Source: Dehalococcoidia bacterium
GTDB taxonomy: Bacteria > Chloroflexota > Dehalococcoidia > Bin125
DNA: 64,000 nucleotides
Assembly: GCA_963662615.2 (NCBI GenBank)
Contig: CAXXSR010000001.1
Location: forward strand, 1 to 64,000
Direction: 5' to 3'
The position numbers and the translations under genes were made by a program. Positions 17,809 to 27,397 of this stretch are shown piece by piece. Within the stretch, counting starts at the first letter, position 1. Each line of letters opens with the position of its first letter. The notes below the pieces were generated by a model. That model searched no databases. It saw only the letters and a program-made list of their open reading frames with translations, and was not told the DNA's origin.

Positions 17809-19008
17809 TCAGGACTGGGCGTCAGCCGGGACGAGCCGGCTCTGCTCGATCACGTAACGGGCTACCGGGGCCGGCAGCTGCGCCGGCAGCGCGGCGGGGT
17901 CTGCGATGGTGAGGATGGCCTGTTCGGCGTCAGCAAGGAGCGCCGCCGTGGCTGCACGTCGGCTCGCATCAAGCTCAGAGAAGACGTCGTCGAGGAGCAG
18001 GATAGGGCGCTCGCCCGTCCGGGCGCAGAGCAGGTCGGCCTCGGCCAGGCGCAAAGCCAGGGCGATGCTGCGATGCTGCGCCCGAGAGCCGTAGGCTCCG
18101 GCCGAGCGCCCGTCGAGCCGGATAGCGAGGTCGTCTCGATGCGGCCCCACCAAGGTTGCACCCGCGCCGATCTCTCGCGAGCGTTGCGCGGTCATGGCCC
18201 AGCGCAGCCGCTCTTCCACGGCGCCGGCGCTGGGAACGGCCGGCAGCTCCGCTCCTCCCAGAGCCGGCCGGTAGGCGAGTTCAAGACCGGCGGCGGCCGT
18301 GTCGGGCCTCACGACACGGCCGTGATGCAGCGCCGCGGCGCGGGAAAGCTCGCGCGCTGTCTCGGCACGAGCGCTGATGATCAGCGCGCCTGCCGCGCCC
18401 ATGATGTCATCCCAAGAGCCTAGCTCGTCGGGGGACGCCTCACCCGCCCTCACCCGCTTGAGGAGTGCATTGCGCTGCGCCGTGGCGCTGTCGTATCGGC
18501 CGAGCGCGCGAGCGTACGCTCGGTCGATCTGTGTGATGGTGAGGTTGAGGTAATGGCGGCGCGCGGACGGCGCGCCTGTGATGATTTCGACATCGGACGT
18601 GGTGAAGATGACGGCGCTGATCTGGCCGACAACATCGGTCGCGCGCCGCGGAATCCCGTTGAGGCGTAGGCGCTTCGCCACTCGGGGCGCGCCGGACGCC
18701 GACAATACCGGCGTACCCCGGTCGTCGATGCGAGCAGCGAGAAAGATCTCCACCGTCACGGTGCCGTCCCTGCGGACGGCCGTGGCAGCCAGGCGGGCGG
18801 TGACGGGGTGAGGAGCCTGCCAGGCGATCATTTCACCATCGGTACCGGCGCGCGGCGAGCGCGTCGCGGCGAGCACGTACATGGCCTCGCAGAGGTTCGA
18901 CTTGCCCGAGGCGTTGGCCCCAGTTAAAAGCGTGATGCCAGGGTCGAGCGAGAGCATGAGCTGCTCGTAGGAACGGAAGTGCTCCAGGGTCAGCGTGCGT
19001 AGGTACAC
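17809..19008 (-). CDS. recF: DNA replication and repair protein RecF
   Basis: FRSY, GANASGKSNL, GPHRDD, GSRAQHRS, LLLDDVFSELD. Confidence 0.96.
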   Translation of the reverse strand: MYLRTLTLEHFRSYEQLMLSLDPGITLLTGANASGKSNLCEAMYVLAATRSPRAGTDGEMIAWQAPHPVTARLAATAVRRDGTVTVEIFLAARIDDRGTPVLSASGAPRVAKRLRLNGIPRRATDVVGQISAVIFTTSDVEIITGAPSARRHYLNLTITQIDRAYARALGRYDSATAQRNALLKRVRAGEASPDELGSWDDIMGAAGALIISARAETARELSRAAALHHGRVVRPDTAAAGLELAYRPALGGAELPAVPSAGAVEERLRWAMTAQRSREIGAGATLVGPHRDDLAIRLDGRSAGAYGSRAQHRSIALALRLAEADLLCARTGERPILLLDDVFSELDASRRAATAALLADAEQAILTIADPAALPAQLPAPVARYVIEQSRLVPADAQS

Positions 19009-19179
19009 GGCGCCCCTTCAGGCGCGCGCCGGCGGGGTGAGAGCGCCAGGACGGAGTGTACGAGTCGCGCGGCCGTCGTGCCTTTCCGGCTCCCGCTCGA
19101 CCTGGGGGGACCAGCCTGGACATCGCTCGTTGGGAGCGGTCGCTGTGATTTCTCCCCCGGCGCGCTGCGCGTTATGGGA

Positions 19180-20229
19180 TCACTTCGTGACCCGAATCCC
19201 CTCGCCGTCCCGCACGGCGCCGATGCGCCAGCTTGGCACGCCCGCGTCTGTCAGCCGCCGCCGGAGGGCCTCCGCATCCGCTTCAGGCAAGGCGACGAGG
19301 AGACCGCCGCTCGTCTGCGGATCGTACAGTAGCGCGTCCTCGTACGCCGACGGTTCATGGTCAATCTCGAGCCGCGGCGCGAAGAACTCGCGGTTCCGAT
19401 CTTGGCCGGCAGTGCTGAAGCCCATCTCGACATACTCCGCCAGGCCGTCCATCGGGGGGAGCGCAGCCAGGGAGAGTGCCACCCGGGCGCCGCTGTTGGA
19501 GGCAAGTTCATACAGATGTCCCACGAGCCCGAATCCAGTGACGTCCGTGGTCCCGTGGATGTCGAAGTCGCGGCAGACCTCAGCGGTGGCTCGATTGAGG
19601 GTCATCATCTGACGCAGGGCCGCCTCCTCATGCTGGGGTGTGACCTTACCTTTGCGAATCGCGGTGATGATGATTCCTGTCCCGAGAGGCTTGGTCAGGA
19701 CGATGGCGTCGCCCGCCTGAGCCGTCGCGTTCGTTCGGACTCGCGCCGGGTGGACCAGGCCGGTCACGCACAGGCCATACTTGGGCTCCTCATCAATAAT
19801 CGTGTGCCCGCCGGCAATGACGCCCCCCGCTTCGCGAACCTTGTCCGCGCCGCCTTCGAAAACGCGGGCCACGATCTCGGCGGGAAGATCCTCGGGGAAT
19901 GCCGCGATGTTCAGGGCGAGAATGACGTCCGCCCCCATGGCGTAGACGTCGCTCATGGCGTTGGCGGCGGCAATCGCCCCGTATTGGTAGGGGTCATCCA
20001 CGAGCGGCGCGAAGAAGTCCAACGTCTGGACAATGGCCTGTTCCTCGTTGAGCTTGTAGACGGCAGCATCGTCCGCCCGGTGGAGCCCCACCAGCAATTC
20101 TGGATGATCGTGCTGCGGAAACTTGTACCCCAGTTGACGCAGAACCTGCGCCAAGGCCTGCGGCCCGTACTTGGAAGCTCAACCGCCGCAGCGGGCAAGG
20201 TCGGTCAGCCGGAACTCGGGCCGACCCAT
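19180..20229 (-). CDS. selD: selenide, water dikinase SelD with selenocysteine (UGA at 20179-20181)
   Basis: MGRPEFRLTDLARCGG-UGA-ASKYGP continues in frame into DDAAVY, DFFAP, ANAMSDVYAMG, GGHT, DVTGFGL, DPQTSGGLL; GAGGAGG Shine-Dalgarno. Confidence 0.96.
20134..20154 (-). promoter_or_regulatory. bacterial SECIS element of selD
   Basis: TTGGCGCAG-GTT-CTGCGTCAA hairpin starting 24 nt after the UGA, G-containing apical loop. Confidence 0.75.
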
Positions 20230-20525
20230 CGCCTTCCTCCTCAATCCGGACCTGCGCAACGACGTGGAAGCGATTGCTCCTGCGATCGAGCATACAGATT
20301 CCTGATGGCGCGGAGGTGTGGAAGTGAGTGGGGAAAGGGACGGCAAGTGCACCTGCTCGCGCCTGGGGCGTTCTCGGGGCTCGCCGGCGGCCGGCGTTGG
20401 CTGCGGCGAGGCGCCAGCAGATATGGCCCCAGACGGGAACGGTGCAAGATCCCGGCCGCTGCGGTGCCCTGAAGCGCAGGCGCTCCGCCGGGATGGAGGG
20501 GCGTGGCGGAGTGTGAAAACCTCGC

Positions 20526-21509
20526 TTAGCGCACTGCGGCCGCCGCCGCTGCGCGAGTGGCCGCGGGGGTTTGGGGGCTGATAGCGCAACCGGGGGCGAG
20601 GAACAGGCCGGTGGGGCCGACCGTGAGCGCCTCGCGCGCCTGGTCAGTTGATTGGGCTGGTGACATCTCGTGCAGACGAGCCTGGTCCAGCCCGCCCATC
20701 AACGCCTTGTCCGTGCGGGATCGCATATCGCTCAGGCTGGGGTTGCCTTCGCCATGATCGGCCCAGTTGAGCGCCGCCACCGGATAATCCAGCAGCAGGT
20801 CAATCATGTTGTCGTTCCGGCAGACGTGGAGAATGTTGAACGGCGCCGCCTGGACTCGTGCGAGGATTTGCAAATCATAGGACCGGCCAAATTCCCGGTA
20901 AAAGTCCTCGTTGCACGTCTCATGGCTGGCCCACCTCAGTGGCGCAAAGAAGATCCCGGCCGCCCCGACTTCCAGCGCCGCCTCCGCGTATCGCGCCAGC
21001 GTTTCCGTTATCGCCGCGAGACCCGCGTGCGCCGCGGCAGGCTCGGTTAATGCGAACTGCCGGAACTCTTCATTGTCGCGGCAGAGCGTCGCGGCGACAC
21101 CGAGCGGAGAGAAGATCGTGTGCACCACGTCAACTTCGGCGCCGACCTCCGCGAGAAGAAGCCGGAGAGCGGTGAGGTGCTCGCCAAAAACACCCCCCTG
21201 CGCGTCCACCGGCTGGAGATGGGCAAGATCCCCGGGAGCATGCACGGCCGGGTCCAGGAGGCGGGGCTGGCGCTGGTCCGCAGGACGCTCGTAGCGATTG
21301 CCCCAGGCCTCGGCGAAGTACGTGAACCGCGGGTTGAACTTGATGAAGTCCCACTCATACGGGCGATAGGCATCCAAGGTTGCGGCGACAAGCTCCTGCG
21401 GCTCCCATTCGCGCAGAAAGTCGTGACCCCAGAGCGACACCGGTACGCGGTCCACAGCTTCGCCCGCTAGCGCTGCCCTCACTCGCTCCTTTTTCGTGAG
21501 CGCCGCCAT
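20526..21509 (-). CDS. uroporphyrinogen decarboxylase-family protein
   Basis: KERVRAALAGEAVDRVPVSLWGH, TIFSP, ILHVC, LMGGLD, FLAPGC. Confidence 0.85.
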   Translation of the reverse strand: MAALTKKERVRAALAGEAVDRVPVSLWGHDFLREWEPQELVAATLDAYRPYEWDFIKFNPRFTYFAEAWGNRYERPADQRQPRLLDPAVHAPGDLAHLQPVDAQGGVFGEHLTALRLLLAEVGAEVDVVHTIFSPLGVAATLCRDNEEFRQFALTEPAAAHAGLAAITETLARYAEAALEVGAAGIFFAPLRWASHETCNEDFYREFGRSYDLQILARVQAAPFNILHVCRNDNMIDLLLDYPVAALNWADHGEGNPSLSDMRSRTDKALMGGLDQARLHEMSPAQSTDQAREALTVGPTGLFLAPGCAISPQTPAATRAAAAAAVR

Positions 21510-21696
21510 GATCACACCTTTCGATTCGCTCTCCGGCAACCAGGTTGCGCCAACCGGCCCTACACGCGTAGGCGGCGCACCGCGGGGGCCACCGCCGGAC
21601 GGGCCCGTGGAGGCCAGTGTAGCCGCCGGTCGCCGCGCTCGTGTGGGCGCGTTGGTCTGCCCCGCGGTTTGCTAGGATCGCCGCCGGAGGTGCTGC

Positions 21697-22650
21697 ATGC
21701 CGCTGAAGAAAATTCCCCTGTCGGAGCTGAGGAAGCTGGGCGTGGGAGTGCAACGCCCGGAAGGTGTCGTGGTGGGACGGGACGGCCGCGTTTGGGCGGC
21801 GGATCAGGCCAGCGCATGCGCGGAACTCCGGCCCGACGGCACGGTGCGGCGAGTGGGCAAGGCCGGCGGCCTGCCGAACGGGATCTGCATGGATGCGCAG
21901 GGACGCATCATCATCGCCAATGTCGGCGGTCTGGAGGGCGGTGCGGGTCCCCTGCAGCGGCTCGACGTCGAGACGGGCGAAGTGGAGACGCTCTGTGAAG
22001 AGCTGGACGGCCGCACGCTGGTGCTCTCCAACTTTCCAGTGGTCGACAGCAACGGGAACATCTGGTGTTCGCACTCCAGTTGGTCTGTGGACCTGAGCGA
22101 GCTGCTGCTGAGCGACCGTGCGGACGGATGCGTCTTCCGCATCAGCCCCCAGGGGCGGGTGGAAACGCTGGCGGAGGGTCTCGCGCTTGCCAACGGAATG
22201 ACTCTTGACGCCGACGAATCGCACCTCTACGTCAACCAGACCACCGCGTGCAACGTCCTGCGTTACCGCATCAACGCCGACGGCAGCCTGGGCGAGCCTA
22301 CCCAGTACGGCCCGGTGCTCGGCGAAAAGCTGAGCGACTTGGCGGTGATTTCGAATCCGGGCCCGCCGGAGGAGATGGTGAAGCTGGGCGGCCCGGACGG
22401 CAACAACTTCGACCAGGAGGGCAATCTCTGGGTGACCTTGGTCTTCGCGAACAGGGTCGTTGCGATCACGCCCAACGGGACGTTGGAGACGATCATCGAG
22501 GACCCAGAGGGCACGATCATGAAGCACCCGACGAACGTCAGTTTTGGCGGGGACGACATGCGCGACGTCTACATCGGCTCCATTACTGCCGACTACGTCG
22601 TGCAGGCGCGGAGCCCCGTGCCGGGATTGCCCTTGATCCACCAGCGGTAG
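21697..22650 (+). CDS. SMP-30/gluconolactonase family beta-propeller
   Basis: RPEG, PNG, LANGM, PDGNNFDQEGNLW, PTNVSFGG. Confidence 0.92.
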   Translation: MPLKKIPLSELRKLGVGVQRPEGVVVGRDGRVWAADQASACAELRPDGTVRRVGKAGGLPNGICMDAQGRIIIANVGGLEGGAGPLQRLDVETGEVETLCEELDGRTLVLSNFPVVDSNGNIWCSHSSWSVDLSELLLSDRADGCVFRISPQGRVETLAEGLALANGMTLDADESHLYVNQTTACNVLRYRINADGSLGEPTQYGPVLGEKLSDLAVISNPGPPEEMVKLGGPDGNNFDQEGNLWVTLVFANRVVAITPNGTLETIIEDPEGTIMKHPTNVSFGGDDMRDVYIGSITADYVVQARSPVPGLPLIHQR

Positions 22651-22840
22651 CTGCGCGCCGGGCGGGAATCAGTGCCGCGCCGGATCGCTGGGGCGTTCGG
22701 CACGTCCGTCGACGCGTGTCGCGGGGTACCGAGGCCAGCGGCCGCCGAAGCGTCGGAGCGGGCAGGTTCGGGCGGAAGCAGGTGCGACGCCCTCGCCCCC
22801 GCGTCGGAGCTGCGTGCAGTTCCCGCCGCCGTCAGCGGGT

Positions 22841-23185
22841 CTAGACCATCTCCCTGAGGCCCTTGAGCGGGCGAACCTTCACGATGTTGCGAGCGGGCTT
22901 CGCCTTGAAGGTCGTGAGCTCGCCGGTGAAAGGATTGGTTCCCTGGCGCGCCTTCGTGGCCGGCTTTCGCTGGACGGTCAGCTTCATGAGGCCGGGAACG
23001 GTGAACTGGCCGGGCCCGCCCCGTCCCAGGTCCTTTTTGAGCACCGCCTCCATGGTGTCGAACACCCCCTGCACCTGCTGCCGGCTGAGGTCCGTGTTCT
23101 CCGCGATGGTGCGGAGGAGGTCCGCCTTGGAGCGAGCCGTTGGGGCGGGCGCTATCTTGTATCGTCTGGTCGCTGTCGCTGGCAT
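22841..23185 (-). CDS. hup: HU-family DNA-binding protein
   Basis: SKADLLRTIAE, FTVPGL, KPATKARQGTNPFTGE, KAKPAR. Confidence 0.9.
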   Translation of the reverse strand: MPATATRRYKIAPAPTARSKADLLRTIAENTDLSRQQVQGVFDTMEAVLKKDLGRGGPGQFTVPGLMKLTVQRKPATKARQGTNPFTGELTTFKAKPARNIVKVRPLKGLREMV

Positions 23186-23379
23186 GTTCTGTCTCCCTTC
23201 GCTGCGGACGAGTGATTCGCTGTGACCGCGCTCATCGGCGGCTAAATCCTGCGCATGATGTGGTTTTACGTCACTCGGCGAAGAGAAACAAGCGTTTCGT
23301 ACAGGTTTTTCAGGGATGCGACGTAATCTGCGCGACGCGGGTCCCGGCGGCGGGTGTCGCATGGGGAGAGGAAGCGGCG

Positions 23380-24047
23380 GTGGCCAGGAAGTACGTGACC
23401 ATGACGGCCAAGCTTTATGACTACCTGCTCGCCTCGTCTGTGCGGGTGTCGGCGGTACTCGCCCGCCTGCGCGCGGAGACCGCCCGCCTCCCCATGGCGG
23501 CCATGCAGATCGCGCCGGATCAGGGGCAGTTCATGGCTTGGTTGGTGCAGCTCATCGGTGCGAAGCGGACCCTGGAAGTGGGCGTCTTCACCGGCTACAG
23601 CGCGCTCTGGGTCGCGCAGGCGCTCCCGCAGGACGGAGGAATCGTCGCCTGCGACGTGAGCGAGGAGTGGACCCGAGTGGCGCGCCGCTATTGGGAGGAG
23701 GCCGGTGTCGCCCATAAGATCGACCTCCGTCTCGGTCCGGCCTTGCAGACCCTTGACGACCTCTTAGCCCAGGGTCAAGCAGGGACGTTCGACTTCGCCT
23801 TCATTGACGCCGACAAGACGCGCTCAGCCGACTACTACGAACGGGTCTTGCGGCTCCTGCGGCGGGGTGGCGTGATGGCCATCGATAACGTTCTCTGGGA
23901 TGGCCGAGTGGCCGAGTGGCCGAGTCCGCCGCCGACGACCCGGATACTGTCGCTCTGAGAGCGCTGAATGCCAAAATCGCGGCGGATTCGCGCGTTATGG
24001 CAGTGATGCTCCCGCTCGCAGACGGCCTCACCCTGGTCCGCAGGTGA
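23380..24047 (+). pseudogene. caffeoyl-CoA-type O-methyltransferase frameshifted by an extra 8-bp repeat unit
   Basis: [24 protein letters not shown]; C-terminus [24 protein letters not shown] is in another frame. Confidence 0.88.
23901..23924 (+). repeat. tandem repeat (TGGCCGAG)x3
   Basis: Directly visible; two units would restore the reading frame. Confidence 0.9.
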
Positions 24048-24192
24048 GGCGAGCGCCGCTCTGTGGGTGCGGAGGCAATGAGGGAAATCACCGGCGCACT
24101 TAGTGGTTGGTCGTGAGGGTTTCTAGGTCTGAGCCGGACTGTCCCCGCGGGGCCGCCATCTTAGAGTTGAGACGCGAATAGGGGCGCTGGCG

Positions 24193-24492
24193 ATGGTGGG
24201 GACCGCGCAGACTTCAAGGCCGACCTCGTTCTCAACGCGGATCACGGCGAACCGGCGTGTCGAGGTGGTGCGCCGGGGGCCGCGGCTGCAGATGCGGGTG
24301 ACCGGCAAAGCGCTGACCGAAGCCGAGGCGCGGAAGGTCGCGCAGCAGTGCCTCAGCGAAGGCGAACAGCTCCTTGACTGCATTGCGCGGGACGGTGGCC
24401 GTGCGCTCAGTTACCGCTTTACGTTCATCGTCTGGCCCCGGAGCGGCGGCCACACGGGTCGCATTCTGGACCAACTACGCACCGCCGCCTAG
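24193..24492 (+). CDS. small hypothetical protein
   Basis: 99-aa ORF filling the intergenic gap, plausible alpha/beta pattern; no family recognised. Confidence 0.45.
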   Translation: MVGTAQTSRPTSFSTRITANRRVEVVRRGPRLQMRVTGKALTEAEARKVAQQCLSEGEQLLDCIARDGGRALSYRFTFIVWPRSGGHTGRILDQLRTAA

Positions 24493-24592
24493 CCTCGCCG
24501 GTTTCCCTCTTTCCTGGACATCGTGCTGAGGTCATGCGTCACCAGGGGCGCGGAGCGCGTCGTTGCCTCCGTCGCCTGCAGGCATGCTGGGG

Positions 24593-25804
24593 TCAGCCGA
24601 GCACCCCGTCCACTGCGAGATCAGCGATCTCAGAATCGCTGAGACCGGCCTCGGCCAAGATCTCGGCCGTGTGCTCGCCGGGCTCAGGCGCGGGGCCGCG
24701 CACTGCGATATCCGCATCGCGGATGGCGAACGGAGCGGAGAGTGTCTCGAATTCGCCGACGCGGGGATGATCGATGGTTGTGAAGGCGTGCATCTCGCGC
24801 GGCTGGCGGTCGGCGACGACCTCCGGCAGCTCCGCCACCGGCGCCCAGATCATCCCGTTCTCATCCAACTTCTCTGCCCAGTAGTCCCGGTCGAATTGGC
24901 TGAAGCGTCTCGCGATCCCGGCCGTGAGTTCGCGGCTGGCTTCGCGTCGCTTGAGGAGTGAGTCGTAGCGGGGGTCGCTCGCCCACTGTGGCTCGCCGAT
25001 CGTGTGACAGAACGGCGCCCAATACGGGTCAGGGCGCGGCATCACCAACAAGAGCCAGCGGGCGTCGCGGGTCTGGTAGGAGTTCCAGATCGGGTTCGCC
25101 GGCTCCTCGCGGTCGTGGCGGCGCGGCTGTTGCTTGGCGACCAGAGCGGCGGCGAGATCCGAGGCGATCGTCCACATGCCGGTTCCCTGCAAGGTCACTT
25201 CGACGTACTGCCCGACCTGTGTCTGATCACGGAGGCGCAGGGCGGCCAGAATCCCGGCAAGCAGATTGAGGGATGTCGCGTGATCGCCCTGTCCGGGCCG
25301 GGGGAGCTCCGGCGGCGACGCCGCGGCTCCCAAGGTACCCATGATTCCCGAGCGCGCCCAGAAGGCGGCGTGGTCGAAACCGGGGCGATCGGCGTCTTGC
25401 CCCTGTGTCCCGTAGCCGCTCAGCGAGGCATAGACGATGAGCGGATTCATTGTCCGGATGGCGGCCTCCGTGAGCTGGAAGCGCTCGCGACGCGCCGGCA
25501 AGAGATTGGTGAGGAACACATCTGCCTGGCGGCAGAGCCGCCGAACCAGCGCCGGTCCACCGGGCCGGTCCAGCGTGACCGTGAGGGACCGCTTCCCGCG
25601 GTTATCCAACTCAAAGGCGTGGTTCAGTTTGAAATCGTAGTCGTAGCCCTGCGAGCCGAGAATGTAGTGGCGGTAGACGTCGCCGCCGGGCGGTTCGACC
25701 TTGATCACGTCGGCGCCGAGATTGCACATCAGCGCTCCGGCGGCCGGCGCCGCCAGCCAGTTCGCGACCTCCACCACCGTGACGCCGCTGAGGGGTGCCT
25801 GCAT
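24593..25804 (-). CDS. CaiB/BaiF family III CoA-transferase
   Basis: LGADVIKVEPPGGD, NRGKRS, SGYG, RPGFD, GDHATS, PEPGEHT. Confidence 0.95.
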   Translation of the reverse strand: MQAPLSGVTVVEVANWLAAPAAGALMCNLGADVIKVEPPGGDVYRHYILGSQGYDYDFKLNHAFELDNRGKRSLTVTLDRPGGPALVRRLCRQADVFLTNLLPARRERFQLTEAAIRTMNPLIVYASLSGYGTQGQDADRPGFDHAAFWARSGIMGTLGAAASPPELPRPGQGDHATSLNLLAGILAALRLRDQTQVGQYVEVTLQGTGMWTIASDLAAALVAKQQPRRHDREEPANPIWNSYQTRDARWLLLVMPRPDPYWAPFCHTIGEPQWASDPRYDSLLKRREASRELTAGIARRFSQFDRDYWAEKLDENGMIWAPVAELPEVVADRQPREMHAFTTIDHPRVGEFETLSAPFAIRDADIAVRGPAPEPGEHTAEILAEAGLSDSEIADLAVDGVLG

Positions 25805-25906
25805 TCCCGTCCTCCATATCCGCTCTCGCGCTCCCGCTGCGGGCGATTCTAGACCGTGCCGGCCCGGCGCCTGAGACGGTTCCGCTTCTGCTACCGTCCG
25901 GACGGA

Positions 25907-27109
25907 TTGCCGAGGGCCAACACGGTGTTGCTGAAAAACTTTCTGTTGATCGACGGGACGGGGGCCGTGCGGCCGGGCACGGACGTGCGTGTGCGCGACG
26001 GTCGTTTCACGGAGATCGGCGAGTCGCTGCCGCCCGGCGCGGATGAGGCCATTGACTTCGAGGGCGCTCCCGCTATTCCCGGGTTGATCGATGCACACAC
26101 CCACCTGAGCCTGAATGCCAGCGTCGACGCGCTTGCGGTGGCGGCGGCGCAGCCCCACGCGTACCAGGCGTTGCAGACGGCGGCCCGCGCCGAGGCGCTC
26201 CTCCGGCAAGGCGTGACCACGGCCCGCGACGTGGGTGGGGTAGGCCCCGACGTCATTTTCGGCGTTCGCGACGCCATCCAAGACGGCTCTTTCCGCGGGC
26301 CGCGTATCGTGGCCGCCGGCCGCTGGATCACGGCCACCGGCGGGCACGGCTGGCCCATTGGCGTGGAGGCGGACGGGCCGGATGCCGTGCGCCGGGCTGT
26401 CCGCGAGGAGATGAAGGCCGGCGCGGATCTCATCAAGCTGATGGCGAGCGGGGGGGTGGTTGGCCCCGGTCTGGGTCCGCACGCGGAGCAGTTCACAGAA
26501 GAGGAGGTGCGCATTGCCGCGGTCCAGGCGCACGGGGCAGGCCTGACGATCGCCGCGCACGCTCACGGCGAAGGCAGCATCCGCAACGCCGTTCGCGGCG
26601 GAGTTGACACGGTGGAGCACGGATCCTACCTCAGCGAGGCGCTGGCGCAGGAGATGGTGGAGGCGGGCACCTTCCTGGTGCCCACGCTCTTCGTGTTGCG
26701 GAACATCCTCAGCCACGCCGACGCCGCCGGAATCCAGGGCCATATGGTTGAGCGCGCTCACCAGGTGATTGAGGCGCACCGGCGCAACGTCGCCGTCGCC
26801 GTTCGCTCCGGGGTCACGCTGGTCGCCGGGACCGATATGGGCTCGCCGTTCACCGGTGTAGACGCCCTGCACGATGAGATCGCGGCGCTGGCGGACGTTG
26901 GCTTGAGCCCTGTGGAGGCGCTGCAGGCGGCGACGCTCAGCGCCGCGCGGGCCTTGAGACGTGAGGATGATTTGGGCAGCGTACGCGTGGGGCGACGCGC
27001 CGACCTCGTGGTGCTGGAACGCGACCCTCTCGAGGAGTTGGGCGCCACTCGGGCGATCCGCCGCGTCATGAAGGACGGCGACTGGGTGATGCAGAACGGG
27101 GCAGGCTGA
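25907..27109 (+). CDS. metal-dependent amidohydrolase (prolidase-like subgroup)
   Basis: PGLIDAHTH, GVTTARDVG, TGGHG, IKLMASGG, AHAHG, EHG, GTD; start uncertain. Confidence 0.92.
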   Translation: MPRANTVLLKNFLLIDGTGAVRPGTDVRVRDGRFTEIGESLPPGADEAIDFEGAPAIPGLIDAHTHLSLNASVDALAVAAAQPHAYQALQTAARAEALLRQGVTTARDVGGVGPDVIFGVRDAIQDGSFRGPRIVAAGRWITATGGHGWPIGVEADGPDAVRRAVREEMKAGADLIKLMASGGVVGPGLGPHAEQFTEEEVRIAAVQAHGAGLTIAAHAHGEGSIRNAVRGGVDTVEHGSYLSEALAQEMVEAGTFLVPTLFVLRNILSHADAAGIQGHMVERAHQVIEAHRRNVAVAVRSGVTLVAGTDMGSPFTGVDALHDEIAALADVGLSPVEALQAATLSAARALRREDDLGSVRVGRRADLVVLERDPLEELGATRAIRRVMKDGDWVMQNGAG

Positions 27110-27397
27110 CGCCGGCTCTCCGGCCAGCGCGAATCGAGATCGCGGCGAGAAGAAGCTCAAACCCGCGCTCCGATCTGCCGGCGCGACAGCCGTGGGGCGA
27201 GACGCTCCTTTTCGTCGAGGCCGACGGCGGAACAGGGCTTGCGGGGAAGGAAAGGGAAAGTCCCCTGCGGAGCTCGGAGCGGACCCGCTCGGTCGTGTGA
27301 GCCGCTGATGAGGTCTTCACCCCCTTGGTCGCATGCACTCGGCGGGCCGGGAGGACTGGCGTCGCCGTCTGGGGGAGGTCCGGAGGAAGGGAAGAGC

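Noticed and set aside
20526-21509. hemE gene symbol
   Set aside because: Lacks the canonical WxMRQAGR motif; only superfamily-level support
25805-27160. 855-aa ORF as a CoA-transferase fusion
   Set aside because: Extension is antisense to the amidohydrolase; the real start is MQAPLSG
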